Positions 1 to 10,230 of a stretch of 40,732 bases of DNA are shown here, in pieces. The notes below the pieces were generated by a model. That model worked only from the letters and a program-made list of their open reading frames with translations. It was not told where the DNA came from and made no database searches. Origin of the DNA: a virus (Duplodnaviria; Heunggongvirae; Uroviricota; Caudoviricetes); the IMG/VR virus record IMGVR_UViG_2859827302_000005, positions 1 to 40,732 of that record; one strand, 5' to 3'. Each line of letters opens with the position of its first letter. Within the stretch, counting starts at the first letter, position 1. The position numbers and the translations under genes were made by a program.

Positions 1-171
1 TCAATAAATCCCATCATTGCGATCAACCTCATCCTTAACCATTGATGCGAGCAGTTCTTCCAGTTTCTGCGCTGACAGCTTTACCTGGTGATCTTCAGCA
101 TCTTCCCGGGCTATTGTGGTTCGCGCAGTGGCTGATTTTGCTGACATCACCACAGGGGGCAGACGGACCAT
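1..171 (-). CDS. hypothetical small protein (56 aa)
   Basis: ORF ending with a stop at window position 1-3; ATG at 171-169 preceded by GGAGG about 11 nt upstream. The longer 93-aa version in the ORF track overlaps the tfa-like remnant and is discounted. No family recognised. Confidence 0.3.
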   Translation of the reverse strand: MVRLPPVVMSAKSATARTTIAREDAEDHQVKLSAQKLEELLASMVKDEVDRNDGIY

Positions 172-233
172 TGAACCATGGCCTCCGGAACAAATAAGGG
201 CAAAAATAACAACCACTATCGAAAGCTCACAAA

Positions 234-554
234 CTAACCGCAGCACGTTCCTGCATACGACGTGTCTGCGGCATAATCCCAATGATTACTCCCTGACAGG
301 ATTTGCAGGCCACTCAATATCGGTGCAGTTGATGTATCAACACGATTCAACAATACCCGATATTTATTCCATGCCTCCAGCAACGATCTTTCTTCCTCCG
401 TTGCGATTTCCAGATCTACAGCATCCTGCAGTGGCGCAATATACTCACTGAATTCCTGGATGTAGAACTGTGTGGTGGCGGTCTTCCAGCCATTCGGCTC
501 CTGCTGTATCGAAGCATACCAGGCTATTTCAATATCGCTATGCTGCGGCAGCAT
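234..554 (-). pseudogene. tail fiber assembly (Tfa)-like remnant with a C-terminal frameshift
   Basis: Translation contains the Tfa motif [39 protein letters not shown]. Relative to the intact tfa at 1334..1918 one nt is missing (ccgatatt vs cctgatatt), so the reading frame runs into an unrelated tail. The N-terminal half differs from lambda Tfa. Confidence 0.5.
236..450. repeat. direct repeat copy A (tfa 3' end plus hairpin), about 215 bp
   Basis: Aligns by eye with 1285..1500 at roughly 85-90% identity. Includes the inverted repeat ccgcagcacgt...acgtgtctgcgg. Confidence 0.6.
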
Positions 555-622
555 TTAACCCCTTGTAATTCATCGCCATAATTGATTTAATTCACAAATA
601 AAACTATAACATGGTGAAATCA

Positions 623-1279
623 ATGAAAAAAAACACAGATGATGGGGCTAAAATTTACACACCACTTACCCTAAAGCTTTATGACTGGTGGGTTTTGGGA
701 GTATCAAATCGGCTTGCATGGGGATGTCCTACAAAGGAACACCTTCTTCCACACTTTCTGGAACATGTAGGTAACAACCATCTGGATATTGGTGTTGGAA
801 CTGGGTTTTACCTTACTCACGTACCTGAGAGTAGTCTGATATCTTTAATGGATTTGAACGAAGCTAGCCTGAACGCGGCATCTACAAGGGCTGGGGAATC
901 AAAAATTAAACATAAAATTAGCCATGATGTTTTTGAACCTTATCCCGCGGCGTTACATGGTCAATTTGATTCCATTTCCATGTTTTACCTTCTTCACTGC
1001 CTGCCTGGAAATATATCTACAAAAAGCTGTATAATACGCAATACGGCGCAGGCCTTAACTGACGATGGAACTCTATACGGAGCCACAATTCTTGGCGATG
1101 GAGTTGTGCACAATAGCTTCGGTCAAAAACTGATGCGCATTTACAATCAGAAAGGCATCTTTTCAAACACAAAAGATTCCGAAGAAGGCTTAACACATAT
1201 ACTCTCAGAGCATTTCGAGAATGTTAAAACCAAGGTTCAAGGTACTGTAGTAATGTTTTCCGCTTCAGGGAAAAAATAG
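623..1279 (+). CDS. class I SAM-dependent methyltransferase (moron; substrate unknown)
   Basis: Motif I HLDIGVGTGFY followed by an acidic beta-2 end (LMDLN). Visibly AT-rich, on the strand opposite to the phage late genes. GGTGA Shine-Dalgarno 5 nt before the ATG at 623; an alternative ATG lies at 611. Confidence 0.65.
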   Translation: MKKNTDDGAKIYTPLTLKLYDWWVLGVSNRLAWGCPTKEHLLPHFLEHVGNNHLDIGVGTGFYLTHVPESSLISLMDLNEASLNAASTRAGESKIKHKISHDVFEPYPAALHGQFDSISMFYLLHCLPGNISTKSCIIRNTAQALTDDGTLYGATILGDGVVHNSFGQKLMRIYNQKGIFSNTKDSEEGLTHILSEHFENVKTKVQGTVVMFSASGKK

Positions 1280-1319
1280 CATCCAACCGCAGCACGTTCT
1301 TGCTTAAGACGTGCTGCGG
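1271..1319 (-). terminator. putative intrinsic terminator downstream of tfa
   Basis: Perfect 11-bp stem ccgcagcacgt/acgtgctgcgg at 1287..1319, followed on the minus strand by a T-rich tract (ttggatgctatttttt). Confidence 0.4.
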
Positions 1320-1500
1320 CATAATCCCAATGATTACTCCCTGACAGGGTTCGTAGGCCACTCAATATCAGGTGCAGTTGATGTATCAACACGGTTCAGC
1401 AACACCCGATACTTTTTCCAGGCTTCCAGCAATGAGGTTTCTTCCTCCGTTGCAATTTCCAGATCTGCAGCATCCTGAAGCGGCGCAATATGCTCACTGG
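1285..1500. repeat. direct repeat copy B (3' end of intact tfa plus downstream hairpin)
   Basis: Homologous to 236..450; together the two copies flank the methyltransferase gene. Confidence 0.6.
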
Positions 1501-1918
1501 CTACCTGCATCAGGTTGTTTTTTGTTTCTTCCGCCTCCCGGATCCGGAACATTTTTTCTGCTTCCGTACCCTTCACCCAGGCTGTGCCGTTCCACTTCTG
1601 AAACTCCCCTTCCGGCGATAACCAGGTAACATTTTCCGGTAACGGACCGAGTTCAGAAATAAATAACTCGTCCCCTGACGCTACGTCATAAACCGTTTTA
1701 CCCCGATGGTCTTCAACGAGATGCCACGATGCCTCATCACTGTTGAAAACAGCCACAAAGCCAGCAGGAATATCTGGTGGTGCAATATCGGTACTGTTTG
1801 CTGGCAGACCTGTATGAGGCGGAATATATGCGTCACCTTCACCAATAAATTCATTAGTTCCGGCCAGCAGATTATAAATTTTTATGGTCCGTGCTTGTTC
1901 ACTCATTCTGAATGCCAT
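1334..1918 (-). CDS. tfa: tail fiber assembly protein Tfa (lambda orf-194 type)
   Basis: 194 aa, near-identical to lambda Tfa as I recall it (MAFRMSEQ...[12 protein letters not shown]). Its ATG overlaps the stf stop codon. Confidence 0.9.
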   Translation of the reverse strand: MAFRMSEQARTIKIYNLLAGTNEFIGEGDAYIPPHTGLPANSTDIAPPDIPAGFVAVFNSDEASWHLVEDHRGKTVYDVASGDELFISELGPLPENVTWLSPEGEFQKWNGTAWVKGTEAEKMFRIREAEETKNNLMQVASEHIAPLQDAADLEIATEEETSLLEAWKKYRVLLNRVDTSTAPDIEWPTNPVRE

Positions 1919-4893
1919 TATGCAAGCCTCACAATATAGTTAAATGCGATGTTTTTGACGGTGTTTTCCGCGTTACCAGCAGCGTTAACGGTGATGGTGT
2001 GTCCATGTGAACCAATCGCAACGGAGTGCGTATGCGCACCAATACCTACAGTATGTGCATGTGCGCCAGAACTTGCTGCAGTACCAGACAGCGAGTGGGT
2101 ATGAGCACCTGCTGACTGTGTCTGAATACGTTGATAATACGATCTACGGGAAGAAGTCCCCGGGCTTACTTGATACTGTGAATCCTGGACATAAGTGAAC
2201 CCACCGCCATCATAAAATGCTAACGCAGAACCGCCGCCTCCTGGCCAACGAATACCATTACCATGAGTATGATCACCGGCAGACCCCGTAGAGCCACTCA
2301 GACTGTGCGTATGCGCCCCGGTGTTATTCGTGGATTTGGTTCCGTAATCAAACGACGATGTGTTTTTCGTCCCCAAATCCGTACTGGATGCGCTGGCGCT
2401 GTGGGTGTGCGATTTAATGCCGTCCTGTTCCTGAGACAATACGGCACGACCACTGGCGGGTTTGCCCTTAATCGTCCAGCCACGCATATCAGGGATCACG
2501 CCTGACGGATAAGCGGCTGCAAGTTTCGGGTATGCAGATTTGTCAAAAGTCTGCCCCTGCATCAGGGCATAGCCAGACGGAACGGTATCTGATGGCCACG
2601 GGATTGGTGCGCCAGGCGGATAAAACTGCTCTGATGGCGTATAGAGTGCATAAACTGTACCGTCCGTTAACCCTTCCGGCTTATTAGCAGAATATGCTGG
2701 TGACGTATGAATCGTCACGCTGGCATTACTGGTATAATCCCATTGAATATTTACACCAGTCGCATAATTTCCGATTGCAACGTAAATATCGTAAGTATCA
2801 CCAGATGTATTGACCCAGGCAAAATTTGTAAACCCTGTCGATGTGCGCTGCCATAAAGCACCAGTAATCCCCTTCGGATTACCATTACCTGCACGCAAAA
2901 CAAGTTCAGATATACCTGCCTGTTGAGGTGACCCCACGTTAAATCCCGCACCACCAATCAACGTAATTGAAACAACAGAACTCGCCTGTGGCATGGTTAC
3001 CGTTGCTAATTTGAACCAACCAGCACCACCGCTGAATGACATTGTTGTTGAGTTAAGCGTACCAATATCTTTCGGCGTCAGTGTTATATCCGCTGAAAGC
3101 GCCTTACCATTCACCTTACGGGCAGAAGGTACCCGACCATTCGCATTATCATTAGCTGCTTTCACTGCTTTCGGTGTCGCGGCAAGCGTTTCAGATGCGC
3201 TGTTGGTTGCACTACTGAGCTGGACAATTCCTTTTTGTGCTGTCGTAGCGTCCTGAGCAGTATATTTCCCGTTAGCAAGGTCATAGGCTGCCTTTACCGA
3301 CTTTGGCGTTGCCGCCAGCATTTCAGATGTGCTGTTGGTCGCGTTGCTAAGCTGAACTATCCCTTTCTGTGCTGTCGTTGCATCCTGTGCGGTGTATTTC
3401 CCGTTAGCCAGCTCATACGCGGCCTTAACGGCTTTTGGCGTTGCCGCCAGTGACTCGGAAGTGCTGTTAGTCGCACTGCTGAGCTGTACTATCCCCTTTT
3501 TCGTCGTGCTCGCATCCTCAAGCGCCACGGCGGATGCAATATCCTCTGCCCGTTTTGCCGCTGTCTCAGCGCGCGTTGCCGCGGATTCCGCCGTACTTTT
3601 GCTCTGAGCTGCCGCCGTCGCACTGCCAGCTGCCTCTGTCGCCTTCGTGGATGCCGTCGTGGCGCTGCCCTTTGCTGCTGACGCCTGTCTGGTCGCCTCA
3701 TCTTTTGAAGCAGACGCAGATGATGCCGATGACGCCGCCGAACTGGCGGACGATGCGGCAGCCGTTTTTGAGGATTCTGCGCTGGTTTCCGACGCTTTCG
3801 CGTTCGTCTCGGATGTCTTCGCTGCGGAAGCAGACCTCGCTGCTGCGCTGGCCAGTACAGCGGCTTCGCCAGCCTTCGTTGTGGCTGTTGAAGCAGACGA
3901 TGCAGCACTTTCTGCAGATTTTCCGGCGGCGGTGGCACTGGCTGAGGCCTGCCCGGCACTTGTTGACGCGGCACTGGCAGATAATGCAGCCGCTGTTTTT
4001 GAGTCTGCCGCAGCTGAGGCGCTCTGTCCCGCTGCCGTTTCAGAAGACCTGGCGTTCGTCTCGGACGTTTTTGCCGCCTTCGCAGAATTTGCTGCCGCCG
4101 TTGCCGAGGAAGCTGCGCTGCTGGCGCTCGAGGCTGCGTTCGTTTCTGATGATTTTGCCGCCTCTTTTGAAGCCGACGCATCCCGTGCTGAAGTGGCTGC
4201 TTCTGACGCTTTCGTGGTCGCGGTGGATGCAGAAGTGGCTGCTGATTGTTGTGACGCTGCCGCATTCGTTTCTGACGTTTTCGCGGCACTGGCACTGGTA
4301 GCTGCCGCGCTTTTTGAGGACTCTGCAGCAGCAGCACTTTTCGATGCTTCACTGGCCTTTGTTGATGCCGCTCCTGCGCTGGAAGACGCTGACTGAGCCG
4401 ACGACGCGGCCTGTCCGGCTGACGTGCTGGCTGCGCGTGCTGAGCCTGCAGCATCAGTCGCATGGGTTGCCGCCTCACGGGCTGATGTGCGGGCATCGCT
4501 GGCTGACTTCTTCGCGGCTGCCGTGTTCTGTGCCACTGCGGACGCGTTACGCGCCACCTCTTCCACCATCAGTTCAAAACGGCGCAGTGCCTCTGGCCGG
4601 ACATCATCCTCCGTCATTGCACCGAGGAAATCATTCAGTGTGCCCGGCTTTGAGTCCTCATATACGGTGATAATCCCGGCGTGTGACGGCGGGAATCCCT
4701 CCACCAACAGACTGACGCTGTACTGACCATACTCGACGTCCATTGTATAACGCCCGGCTTCATCCGGATTTTCTGAGGCCACTGTGTTCACCACCACCGT
4801 GGTGCTGTTGCGCCTGGCCTTTAGCTGAATGGTGCAGTTTTGTATCGGCTTACCTGCACCATCTTTCAGTACACCTGAAATCAGTACTGCCAT
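1918..4893 (-). CDS. stf: side tail fiber protein Stf (StfR-like, 991 aa)
   Basis: Lambda Stf N-terminus ([32 protein letters not shown]). Long Ala/Ser/Thr-rich low-complexity shaft, three tandem 44-aa repeats, and a C-terminal tip with HTHSLSG/HxH repeats. Confidence 0.9.
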   Translation of the reverse strand: MAVLISGVLKDGAGKPIQNCTIQLKARRNSTTVVVNTVASENPDEAGRYTMDVEYGQYSVSLLVEGFPPSHAGIITVYEDSKPGTLNDFLGAMTEDDVRPEALRRFELMVEEVARNASAVAQNTAAAKKSASDARTSAREAATHATDAAGSARAASTSAGQAASSAQSASSSAGAASTKASEASKSAAAAESSKSAAATSASAAKTSETNAAASQQSAATSASTATTKASEAATSARDASASKEAAKSSETNAASSASSAASSATAAANSAKAAKTSETNARSSETAAGQSASAAADSKTAAALSASAASTSAGQASASATAAGKSAESAASSASTATTKAGEAAVLASAAARSASAAKTSETNAKASETSAESSKTAAASSASSAASSASSASASKDEATRQASAAKGSATTASTKATEAAGSATAAAQSKSTAESAATRAETAAKRAEDIASAVALEDASTTKKGIVQLSSATNSTSESLAATPKAVKAAYELANGKYTAQDATTAQKGIVQLSNATNSTSEMLAATPKSVKAAYDLANGKYTAQDATTAQKGIVQLSSATNSASETLAATPKAVKAANDNANGRVPSARKVNGKALSADITLTPKDIGTLNSTTMSFSGGAGWFKLATVTMPQASSVVSITLIGGAGFNVGSPQQAGISELVLRAGNGNPKGITGALWQRTSTGFTNFAWVNTSGDTYDIYVAIGNYATGVNIQWDYTSNASVTIHTSPAYSANKPEGLTDGTVYALYTPSEQFYPPGAPIPWPSDTVPSGYALMQGQTFDKSAYPKLAAAYPSGVIPDMRGWTIKGKPASGRAVLSQEQDGIKSHTHSASASSTDLGTKNTSSFDYGTKSTNNTGAHTHSLSGSTGSAGDHTHGNGIRWPGGGGSALAFYDGGGFTYVQDSQYQVSPGTSSRRSYYQRIQTQSAGAHTHSLSGTAASSGAHAHTVGIGAHTHSVAIGSHGHTITVNAAGNAENTVKNIAFNYIVRLA
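3100..3500. repeat. three tandem ~132-bp repeats inside stf
   Basis: DNA repeat starts at about 3225, 3358 and 3489, encoding three copies of [44 protein letters not shown]. Confidence 0.5.
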
Positions 4894-4902
4894 ATTCCCC
4901 CC

Positions 4903-4931
4903 ACAAAAAAGCCCGCCTGAACCGGCGGGCT
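4903..4931 (-). terminator. intrinsic terminator downstream of lom
   Basis: Stem agcccgcc/ggcgggct with a 6-7 nt loop, followed on the minus strand by TTTTTTGT. Confidence 0.6.
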
Positions 4932-4957
4932 GTCATAACACTGTGTTACCTGGCTAA

Positions 4958-5557
4958 TCAGAATTTATAGCCGACACCAACGATGAAACTGTTGGTACGC
5001 CAGTCACCACTGCCGGAGCCTTCATAAGCAATATCAATGGCCACGGATTCGGTCGGGTTAAACTGCACGCCAGCCCCCCACGCCAGAGACGTGTTGCTGT
5101 GGCGACCGTCATCACTTCCGGTCAGCACATCGTGCGTTTTCCCCTTGTTGTCAGTTACACGGAGATAATCCCCGGAAAAAGTCGACACACGACTGTAAGT
5201 CACACCCGCCATCGCATACGCGCTGAACCATTCATTCACGCGCACAGACGGCCCCGCCATCACGCTGAACCAGCGGTTACGCACGGAATCTTCATGCCAG
5301 CGGGTATCGCTGTAATGCGTTTTTTGCTCATCTTTGGCATTGGCATAACTGAATGACGTCACCAGCCCCAGCGTGTCCGTAAACTCATAACGGTATTTCA
5401 CGTTAATCCCGTTCAGATCATCGCTGCCTGGCATATCAGTATGGGTCTGAAGATACCCGGCGCTTAGTGTGGACTGATGCTCTGCTGCGCTCGCTGGCAT
5501 ACCAGCGGCAACCAGCCAGACTACTGCGGACAGAATAACAGCACATAATTTACGCAT
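4958..5557 (-). CDS. lom: outer membrane protein Lom (Ail/Lom family)
   Basis: 199 aa with signal peptide and beta-barrel pattern ending ...FIVGVGYKF. Canonical position after J. Confidence 0.9.
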   Translation of the reverse strand: MRKLCAVILSAVVWLVAAGMPASAAEHQSTLSAGYLQTHTDMPGSDDLNGINVKYRYEFTDTLGLVTSFSYANAKDEQKTHYSDTRWHEDSVRNRWFSVMAGPSVRVNEWFSAYAMAGVTYSRVSTFSGDYLRVTDNKGKTHDVLTGSDDGRHSNTSLAWGAGVQFNPTESVAIDIAYEGSGSGDWRTNSFIVGVGYKF

Positions 5558-5624
5558 AATTACCTCTCGCTTTTCTGCAATAAAAAAGGCACCATTTCTG
5601 GTGCCCGTATCTGGGTTATAAAAT

Positions 5625-8600
5625 TCAGCTAATCGTGATGCCTGTAGTGGCTTTCTTCATCACCACAACCAGCAAATCGCTGATACTTGCTGTGGGATAC
5701 CAGTTATTTACCAGCCATGCTGACACCGAAAACTCCAGTGTCATGTGACCGTGACCGGCAGGCATATCAATAACGCCACTGTAAATCAGCGTATTATCCA
5801 GCGCGGTACGGTTATAAATTTCAGCACCGTTTTTCCGCACTATCAGACGGCATGAGGAGTAAATATCAGTATGCTCTCTCTCATGCTTAGCGCCACTGAA
5901 TGCCACCGCCGGAATAACAATTTGCCGGTCAAACGGCTGATCGTCATAAACCCTGACGGTAATGGTCCCTGATGGCCACCGCTCCGGTGCACGGGAGTCC
6001 CGGGGGAAAGCTTTGCCCACTGTTTTAACGAGATCGCCTTCAATCTGGTTGGCGGACAGTTTTCCCAGAACCCGACAGTTCTCGTTAATCGTGACGTTGT
6101 TGAGCGTCCCGGAGTTCGCATTCACGTTACCGCTAATATCGGCATTTTTCGCCGTCAGCCGCCCGTCCGGTGTCAGGGAAAATGCCGGAGGATTACCGCC
6201 GCTGGTAATGGTGGGAGCCGTCAGGCGTTTCAGGAACACGTCGTTCATGAATATCTGATCGCCCTGACCAACAAACATCGGCTTTGTGTTGCCATTCGCA
6301 GGATTAATCATCGCAATCCTGTCTGCCGCCAGCAGCACCTGACTCTGCATTCCTGCTGGCGTATTCTCAATACCGGCACCGATACCCGCAATATAAAGGC
6401 GTCCGTCCTTCATCTGTTGCAGCTTCACAGCCCACATGCTGTTCAGATTATTATTTGTATCAACCTGAACCTTCTGTATCTGCTGGATTGCCGCACTCTG
6501 GTCTTTCAGTTTCTTATTGACAGTCTGCGTGATTTCATTGCTGACATCCGTAATGGACGTCCTGATTTCAGCCAGGTCAGGCGCAAGCTGACCTTTATCA
6601 ATCTGCGTCCACAGCTCCTGAGCCAGATGGGTTTTCCCTATCTCGCCTTTGAAAAAATCCAGATAACCGGATGCATCATCACTCGGCTGACCAACAGCCT
6701 CCACGAATGCCGATTTGCCAACGGTGTTCACACTGCGAACGTAAAAATAATAATCATGGCCCGGTTTGATATTGATACTGGCGGCTATCCAGTACAGCCC
6801 CGTGCCAAGATAGCGCGCTGTGGTTTCAACCTTCCTGATATCGGTAATCCGCTTTTCCGAAAACCAGAACTCAAACTGTACCGTCGGGTCATAAACGGCA
6901 AGATGCGGCGTGGCGGTTATCTGAAAATAGCCCGACGTCAGCTCAATCCGCGACGGCGCTGCCGGTGCGGCAATCCGGAACGATACCGACGCCGGATCGC
7001 CCTGCTGTCCCCACGCATTTACCGCCCGGACCGTCAACATGTAACGCCCCAGCGCCAGCTGCCTGAAGCGGTATGTGGTTTCCGTCGTCCGGGCCGTGCT
7101 GACCAGCCGCTCACTGCCATCGTCCGCTGTCACGGTCAGGCGAAGCAGGAAGCTCACGCCCTTCACCACCTTCGGCGTGTCCCAGCGGGCCAGTACCTGA
7201 TACTCCCCGCTGTCTGCGGTGACTTCGGCAGTCAGGTGCTGCACCGCTGGCGGCGTGACACCATTCACCGTGCCGCTCTGGTCGCCGTCAAAGTGCGCCC
7301 CGTTATCCACGATGGCTTCTTTTTCCGGTACATGCTGCACGGCGGTGATGGCATACGTGCCGTCATCGTTCTCACGGATACTCACGCAGCGGAACAGGCG
7401 CTGGCGCAGCGTCGGCAGCTTCAGCCCCCACACGCTGTATTCGGCAACGCCGTCAGGAACACGGCTCACTTTCACCTTCACGCCGTCGGTGACGGACTGG
7501 ACCTCCACGCTGACCGGATTCCCCTGTCCGTCAACCAGGCTTATCAGCGTGGTGCCGGAGGATGGCAGCGTGATTTCACGGTCGAGCGTCAGTGTCCGCG
7601 TCTGGCTGTTCACCGCCAGCACGCGCCCGCCGATGCTGATACCCGCATAGTCATCATCACAGATTTCAATGACATCGCCCGGTACATGGCGAAGCCCTTC
7701 TGCACCCACGCTGAAGTCCACGGTCTGCGTTTCCAGCAGCTCCGTTTTAATCAGCCACAGCCCGGCGCGGTGTGCCTGCCCCCGGCTGGTACAGCCAAAG
7801 GCATCCATCTTCGTGACGTTACGACCGTAACGGGCAATGGCCTGCGTATCTTCAACAAGCTCTGTCGCCGTCTCCCAGCCGTTATCCGGGTCAATCCAGT
7901 TCACCTCAACGGCATTATGGCGGTCCTTCAGGGCGCTGAAGCTGTAGCGGAACGGCGCGCCATCATCCGGCATCACCACATTACTGCGGTTATAGGTCCA
8001 CACCTTATCCGACGGTCGGTCCTGCACGAACGTCAGCGTCTGCCCGTTCCATACCGGCATACAGCGCATCGCCGAACAGAAATCACTGAGCACATCCCAC
8101 GCCTTACGCTGTGTGGTCAGGTAAGCGTTACAGGTGATGCGCGGCTCCGTGCCACCAAAGCCATCCGGCACTGACTGATCGCAATACTGGCCGATGACAT
8201 ACAGCGCCCATTTGTCCACATCCGCCGCACCAAGACGTTTCCCCATGCCGTAGCGCGGGTGGGTCAGCATATCCCACAGACACCATGCCATGTTGTTGCT
8301 GTATGCCGGTTTAAACGTCCCGTCCCAGATACCGCTGTATTGCCGCGTCTGCGGGTTATAGTTCGATGGCACCTGCAGAATGCGCCCGCGAAGATGATAA
8401 TTACGGCTCACCTGCTGGCTGCCGAACTGTTCCGAGTCCACCTGCACGCCGACCAGTGCCGTGTTCGGGTAGCACTGTTTCACATCGATGATTTCAGTGT
8501 ATGACGACCAGAGCGTTTTGTTCTGCAGCTGGTCTGTGGTGCTGTCCGGCGTCATCCTGCGCATCCGGATATTAAACGGGCGCGGCGGCAGGTTACCCAC

Positions 8601-9104
8601 CACCACCGAGGCCAGATACTGCGAGGTGGTTTTGCCCTTAATGGTGATGTCTTTTTCCGTCACCCAGCCACCGTTACGTTGTATCTGAACCAGCAGGCGG
8701 ACTTCCGACGGATTCCTGTCACCCTTTGAGGTGGTTTCCACCAGTGCCTGCACACCGAAGGTAAAGCGCAGACGGTCGATGTTTGCAGACGTGATGGTCC
8801 GGGTGATCGGCGTGTCGTATTTCACTTCCGTACCCAGCACCGTCTCGGAACCGGAGGATTCAAATCCCTCCGGCGGTGTCTGCTCCTGCTCACCTGCCCG
8901 GAACACCACCGTAACACCGGAGATGTTGGTATTCCCCTCACTGTCCAGCACCGGTGTACTGTTCAGCAGCACGCTTTTTAATCCATCCACCGGACCTTCA
9001 ATCGGCCCTTCGCTGATGGCATCGATCACACTCAGTAATTGCGTGGATTTCAGGTTGTCCTTCGCTTCGCGCGGGGTATGCCCCTTACTGCTTCCTTTAC
9101 CCAT
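5625..9104 (-). CDS. J: tail tip / host specificity protein J
   Basis: 1159 aa; N-terminal about 800 aa near-identical to lambda J as I recall it. The C-terminal receptor-binding region (ends ...[14 protein letters not shown]) differs from my recollection of lambda J, so the receptor may differ. Confidence 0.9.
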   Translation of the reverse strand: MGKGSSKGHTPREAKDNLKSTQLLSVIDAISEGPIEGPVDGLKSVLLNSTPVLDSEGNTNISGVTVVFRAGEQEQTPPEGFESSGSETVLGTEVKYDTPITRTITSANIDRLRFTFGVQALVETTSKGDRNPSEVRLLVQIQRNGGWVTEKDITIKGKTTSQYLASVVVGNLPPRPFNIRMRRMTPDSTTDQLQNKTLWSSYTEIIDVKQCYPNTALVGVQVDSEQFGSQQVSRNYHLRGRILQVPSNYNPQTRQYSGIWDGTFKPAYSNNMAWCLWDMLTHPRYGMGKRLGAADVDKWALYVIGQYCDQSVPDGFGGTEPRITCNAYLTTQRKAWDVLSDFCSAMRCMPVWNGQTLTFVQDRPSDKVWTYNRSNVVMPDDGAPFRYSFSALKDRHNAVEVNWIDPDNGWETATELVEDTQAIARYGRNVTKMDAFGCTSRGQAHRAGLWLIKTELLETQTVDFSVGAEGLRHVPGDVIEICDDDYAGISIGGRVLAVNSQTRTLTLDREITLPSSGTTLISLVDGQGNPVSVEVQSVTDGVKVKVSRVPDGVAEYSVWGLKLPTLRQRLFRCVSIRENDDGTYAITAVQHVPEKEAIVDNGAHFDGDQSGTVNGVTPPAVQHLTAEVTADSGEYQVLARWDTPKVVKGVSFLLRLTVTADDGSERLVSTARTTETTYRFRQLALGRYMLTVRAVNAWGQQGDPASVSFRIAAPAAPSRIELTSGYFQITATPHLAVYDPTVQFEFWFSEKRITDIRKVETTARYLGTGLYWIAASINIKPGHDYYFYVRSVNTVGKSAFVEAVGQPSDDASGYLDFFKGEIGKTHLAQELWTQIDKGQLAPDLAEIRTSITDVSNEITQTVNKKLKDQSAAIQQIQKVQVDTNNNLNSMWAVKLQQMKDGRLYIAGIGAGIENTPAGMQSQVLLAADRIAMINPANGNTKPMFVGQGDQIFMNDVFLKRLTAPTITSGGNPPAFSLTPDGRLTAKNADISGNVNANSGTLNNVTINENCRVLGKLSANQIEGDLVKTVGKAFPRDSRAPERWPSGTITVRVYDDQPFDRQIVIPAVAFSGAKHEREHTDIYSSCRLIVRKNGAEIYNRTALDNTLIYSGVIDMPAGHGHMTLEFSVSAWLVNNWYPTASISDLLVVVMKKATTGITIS

Positions 9105-9114
9105 TCCTCACACT

Positions 9115-9146
9115 CCATAAACAACAAAGCCGCCCAAAAGGCGGCT
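9115..9146 (-). terminator. putative intrinsic terminator between lipoprotein moron and J
   Basis: Stem agccgcc/ggcggct with a short loop, followed on the minus strand by TTGTTGTTTATGG. Confidence 0.45.
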
Positions 9147-9170
9147 CATGAGTTACGGCAGGATTAACTA

Positions 9171-9509
9171 TTATTTACATGCATTAACACTATCAGCAAA
9201 AATTTTTGGCGTTAATGCTGGTACACGTTCATAAAGAGTAAAACTACTGCCATTTCCTGCTTTTTTGATATCAAGCACAATATCATATCCCCCCATAGCC
9301 TGTGGAACTAAAAGGCTTACCCCATTCTCAATAGGAAGGGATGTTATAGGTGTTCCATTACCAGCCCATTGTCTGGATATGCAGCCTGACAATTCATCAA
9401 TATTTTTTAATGAATTACCTTCCATTACAGGTTTTCCGGATTTTACGTAATCCAAAGATTTACATCCTGTTAAGGCAATAATCGTGCAGAATAAAATCGT
9501 TTTGTTCAT
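9171..9509 (-). CDS. putative lipoprotein (moron between I and J)
   Basis: 112 aa from the ATG at 9509; the ORF-track start at 9521 is a TTG. Signal peptide with lipobox LTGC (MNKTILFCTIIALTGC). AT-rich; lambda has no gene at this position. Confidence 0.6.
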   Translation of the reverse strand: MNKTILFCTIIALTGCKSLDYVKSGKPVMEGNSLKNIDELSGCISRQWAGNGTPITSLPIENGVSLLVPQAMGGYDIVLDIKKAGNGSSFTLYERVPALTPKIFADSVNACK

Positions 9510-9581
9510 ATAGCTAACCAATAGAATAATTATCAGTGTTCGATATAAATATTAAATCAGTTAGAACATGAGTAAATAATA

Positions 9582-10230
9582 TTACCGCCCAATTACCACA
9601 ACCTGACCACCATCCCCTTCATCTGCCGTGCTGATCTCCTGAGATGCCACACGTGACCCCACGCGCATTTCACCGTACAGAACAGGCAGGACATTGCCCT
9701 GGGCAACCATGTTATCCAGTGAGGAGAAATAGGTGTTCTGTTTGCTGTTTGCCGTTATCCGTTGTCTGTGTACGTGGAGTTTTGGGTTTAGGGGCCAGCA
9801 TCTGTGCGACACCACCAAGCGTCATCGCTGCCCCCATAGAAAAGAGAATGTTACTGAAAGCGATACTGATTCCTGGCATCCAGATTGCCGTAGCAATCAG
9901 CGCCGCACCCAGCACTGCCTGAAAAACACCACCACTTTTGGCACCCGCCAGACGCGGTACGATGTGGATCACGGCACCATTTGCCAGCGGCTCATTAAGA
10001 CGGGCAGATAATTCGTTTTCGCCTGCATCACGCCCGGCAATGCGCACCTGATACCAGCCCTCATTCAGTTTCTGGCGAAACGCCGGGAGCTGTGTGGCCA
10101 GCGCCCGGATGGCTTCGGCCCCCGTTTTCACACGAAGGTCGATGCGGCGACCAAATCGTTGTAAATCCCCGTAAAGGCAGATGCGTGCCATGCCTGGTGA
10201 CGCCAGAGGGAGTGTGTGCGTCGCTGCCAT
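9582..10230 (-). pseudogene. I: tail assembly protein I, frameshifted by a 7-bp tandem duplication
   Basis: N-terminal 172 aa match lambda I and then stop prematurely. The lambda-like C-terminus (NTYFSSLDNMVAQGNVLPVLYGEMRVGSRV...VVVIGR) continues in another frame to 9582. Plus-strand TGTTTGC occurs twice in tandem at 9739..9752. Confidence 0.8.

Noticed and set aside
172-282. N-terminal extension of the first minus-strand ORF (93-aa version)
   Set aside because: Overlaps the tfa-like remnant in another frame and contains the hairpin. The shorter 56-aa version starting at 171 is the only plausible gene.
623-1279. Methyltransferase as a known type III effector or 16S rRNA aminoglycoside-resistance methyltransferase
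   Set aside because: The sequence does not resemble NleE, ArmA, Rmt or NpmA as far as I can recall them, so only the generic class I SAM-methyltransferase call is supported.
3489-4496. 335-aa Arg/Gln/Pro-rich ORF on the minus strand, plus several 70-255 aa plus-strand ORFs (3534..4301, 3647..4396 and others)
   Set aside because: Alternative frames and antisense of the low-complexity A/S/T-rich repeat region of stf. The composition is a frame artefact, and the true gene is the stf frame that carries the lambda-like N- and C-termini.
6417-8174. 585-aa ORF on the plus strand
   Set aside because: Antisense to J. Arg/His/Cys-rich composition typical of a GC-rich antisense frame, with no start signals.
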